A stretch of DNA of 64,000 nt from Candidatus Obscuribacteraceae bacterium (GTDB lineage: Bacteria; Cyanobacteriota; Vampirovibrionia; Obscuribacterales; Obscuribacteraceae), in NCBI GenBank assembly GCA_044226015.1, contig JBGAHS010000001.1, positions 1 through 64,000 on the forward strand, read 5' to 3'. The first letter of the stretch is position 1. Each line of letters begins with the position of its first letter. Positions 61,771-64,000 of this stretch are shown here, piece after piece. Under the pieces are notes generated by a model. That model made no database searches. It worked only from the letters and a program-made list of their open reading frames with translations, and was not told the origin of the DNA. Both the position numbers and the translations under genes were made by a program.

Positions 61771-63990
61771 TTGCCGAAGCTTGAAGCCCCCAACGTGGTA
61801 GGATGCAGTAAGAGTCGGGATTCAGTTGTGGCAAAAAACAACCTCAAATTAAGCACCCTTGACCTTAAGCGACGAATTTTCATTCGTACATTGGGTGTTA
61901 CTTATCCCTACTGGGGATTAGCCTGTGTTGGTATGATAAATGACCTGTTCAATAGGATTGCATCCCGCCAACTCTTCGGAGATTGGAAAGACATCTTTTT
62001 GATTTTCGCCCCAATTTGTTTGTTAGCTGGCTACACATTTTCTTTCCGCTTGCTTTTTTCTGCGCTCGAATTGACTCCGGAAAAATTGATATTTCCAGGT
62101 TGGCTGAAGAAAGCTTATCCTGGCAAATTTTTGAATTCTCTGGTTTGTGTTGATTCTGGCAGCAGCTCAATGCTCGAATTTAATTTTCAGGATGAGAATG
62201 CACAAACCAGCACTGAGCGCGTTCCACTACAGCGCCTGAGCTATTCTGATCGACTGGCTCTTCTAAATTTCATCGAGAAGCATTTTCCAAACACGAAAAT
62301 TGATGGTGAATCGCGGCAGCTGATCGAAAAGCCTGAGCAAGTAGAGTTTATTGCTGGGTCCGAGCTTTCTGTTCCCTACAATGGACATTTTCGGTTCAAG
62401 TCATTTCTGCAAACCTGTCTAGAAGTTGAGCGCCATTTCTGGACTGCCTGGTTGCTTGTCTGCATTCCTATTGCGATTTTCTTGATGCCGCTTCTTGCGC
62501 TGGGTCCTGTGAACCTGTTTCTTAAGTCATCTAATAAAAGTACGATGGCAGTCGATCAGCTTTGGAGTCAATGGAGCATGATTTGGGTTAACCATTTCGG
62601 TGAACTTTTGAGAGTCTTTGAAAGAGGGGTCATGGCCTGGGGCGATGTCTTTAACCGAAATGAAGCACTTGCATTAACTGTTGATTTAATTGCTTTTGGC
62701 ATTTTTGCAAAGTGGATAGTTTCTGCTATTAAACCTGCATTCATTACGGTTGGACCTTCCGAATTCAGGCTTGTTTTCTTGCAGATTGGTGGGTATCGCC
62801 TGTGTCGCAAGGTTGCTCTGAAAGATTGCAAGAAAGCAAAAATTGAGAGCGATACTAAATCAGTTGCCAAATCAAAGCTTAGATTGGAAGATGAAAAAGG
62901 CGCAGAACTTATTTCGTTTGAACTTGCTGGCATCGATAAGCAAAAGCATCGTGCTGAAATTTACAAAGCCCTGGAATTCTATGCGCCTCACGTGGAGCTT
63001 GACCCAAACTTCATTGAGTCTGTACAGCGAAATCAAAATCAAAGCTGTACTGAGCTCTGGTTGCAATCGTTGAGCACTCCGCCAAAACGCGATAGATTGA
63101 GTCCGTTGAAGGGTGGCGATCATCTTCAGGGTGGAAATTTTAGAATACTGGACATAGTTGGCTCTGGAGGGCAGGGAATAGCTTATCTCTCAGAGCAAGA
63201 GGGACAAGCAGAAACCGTCGTCGTGAAGGAATTTATACTTCCGGTTTTTGTGGATAGGCGTGCAAGGCAGCAGGCTCTTGAGCGATTTGAGAACGAGGCA
63301 AAATTGCTATATTCAATCTGCCATCCAAATGTAGTTTCATTGAAAGCTCATTTCATAGAGGACCATAGGGCTTATCTTGTACTGGAAAGGGTGAACGGAA
63401 AATCACTGCGCAAGCTTTTTAGTGAAAGTCCGATTCGCGATGAAAAGGCTTTGAATAATATTGTGAATCAGATGGTTGAGATTTTACGCTATCTTCATTC
63501 ACTTGCACCGCCCTTAGTGCATCGTGACTTTACTCCGGATAATTTGATATTGGATGAATCAGGCGTTCTTAAATTGATTGACTTCAATGTTGCAAGACAG
63601 TCTGAAGGCAAATCAAGAACGGCGGTTGTTGGAAAACATGCTTACATGCCCCCGGAACAGTTTGCAGGCAAGCCACGTCCACAAAGCGACCTTTATGCTC
63701 TAGGTGCGACGCTTTTTTTCTGCTTGAGGGGGGAAGATCCCGAACCGTTTACCCAATCTTTGCTTCCTGATTTAGGAAGCGATTTCTCGGGGCTCTGGCA
63801 TGAAATTGTTTGGAATTGCACTGCCCTGGCGCTGGCAGATAGGGTAGCTAGTGCGGCAGATTTAGCGCAATTGCTAGAAAGTTATTCGACAAAAACAGAT
63901 ATGGATACCTCTAACTCTTCTTCCAACGATCTTGATGAACCAGAGTCAATTAGTATTGCCATTGAAGAGATTGAACAAATTCATGGCTGA
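61771..63990 (+). CDS. Membrane protein with a C-terminal Ser/Thr kinase domain; start uncertain (possibly GTG 61828)
   Basis: N-terminal TM pairs; GSGGQGIAY, VVKE, HRDFTPDN, DFN and YMPPEQ. Confidence 0.88.
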   Translation: MPKLEAPNVVGCSKSRDSVVAKNNLKLSTLDLKRRIFIRTLGVTYPYWGLACVGMINDLFNRIASRQLFGDWKDIFLIFAPICLLAGYTFSFRLLFSALELTPEKLIFPGWLKKAYPGKFLNSLVCVDSGSSSMLEFNFQDENAQTSTERVPLQRLSYSDRLALLNFIEKHFPNTKIDGESRQLIEKPEQVEFIAGSELSVPYNGHFRFKSFLQTCLEVERHFWTAWLLVCIPIAIFLMPLLALGPVNLFLKSSNKSTMAVDQLWSQWSMIWVNHFGELLRVFERGVMAWGDVFNRNEALALTVDLIAFGIFAKWIVSAIKPAFITVGPSEFRLVFLQIGGYRLCRKVALKDCKKAKIESDTKSVAKSKLRLEDEKGAELISFELAGIDKQKHRAEIYKALEFYAPHVELDPNFIESVQRNQNQSCTELWLQSLSTPPKRDRLSPLKGGDHLQGGNFRILDIVGSGGQGIAYLSEQEGQAETVVVKEFILPVFVDRRARQQALERFENEAKLLYSICHPNVVSLKAHFIEDHRAYLVLERVNGKSLRKLFSESPIRDEKALNNIVNQMVEILRYLHSLAPPLVHRDFTPDNLILDESGVLKLIDFNVARQSEGKSRTAVVGKHAYMPPEQFAGKPRPQSDLYALGATLFFCLRGEDPEPFTQSLLPDLGSDFSGLWHEIVWNCTALALADRVASAADLAQLLESYSTKTDMDTSNSSSNDLDEPESISIAIEEIEQIHG

Positions 63991-64000
63991 TATTGTTGTA

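Overview
64 kb of bacterial chromosome. It carries housekeeping genes (metH, a YitJ-type bifunctional homocysteine methyltransferase/MTHFR, lepA), five Hanks-type Ser/Thr kinases, a DUF1800/DUF1501 pair, and several large orphan or effector-like proteins. This gene content suggests a non-photosynthetic cyanobacterial relative (Melainabacteria/Obscuribacterales-like); that assignment is inference only. I found no rRNA, tRNA, CRISPR or transposase. The strongest unexplained signal is non-coding. (1) Seven copies of a minus-strand small-RNA-like unit lie at 52.1-56.1 kb. Each has an invariant 20-nt C-rich 5' segment, a terminator-like hairpin and its own promoter with a PhoB/OmpR-like tandem box at fixed spacing. 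(2) An array of plus-strand hairpins with C/A-rich loops lies at 44.35-44.8 kb. (3) The same promoter box precedes a secreted-protein gene at 9.0 kb, and the first 12 nt of its predicted transcript are perfectly complementary to the 44.5-kb loop. Together these suggest an undescribed sibling-sRNA regulatory network. Also notable are two adjacent proteins sharing an N-terminal hydrophobic domain fused to different enzymes, a papain-like orphan protease flanked by sRNA modules, and a tandem histidine kinase whose two halves appear to be complementarily degenerate.
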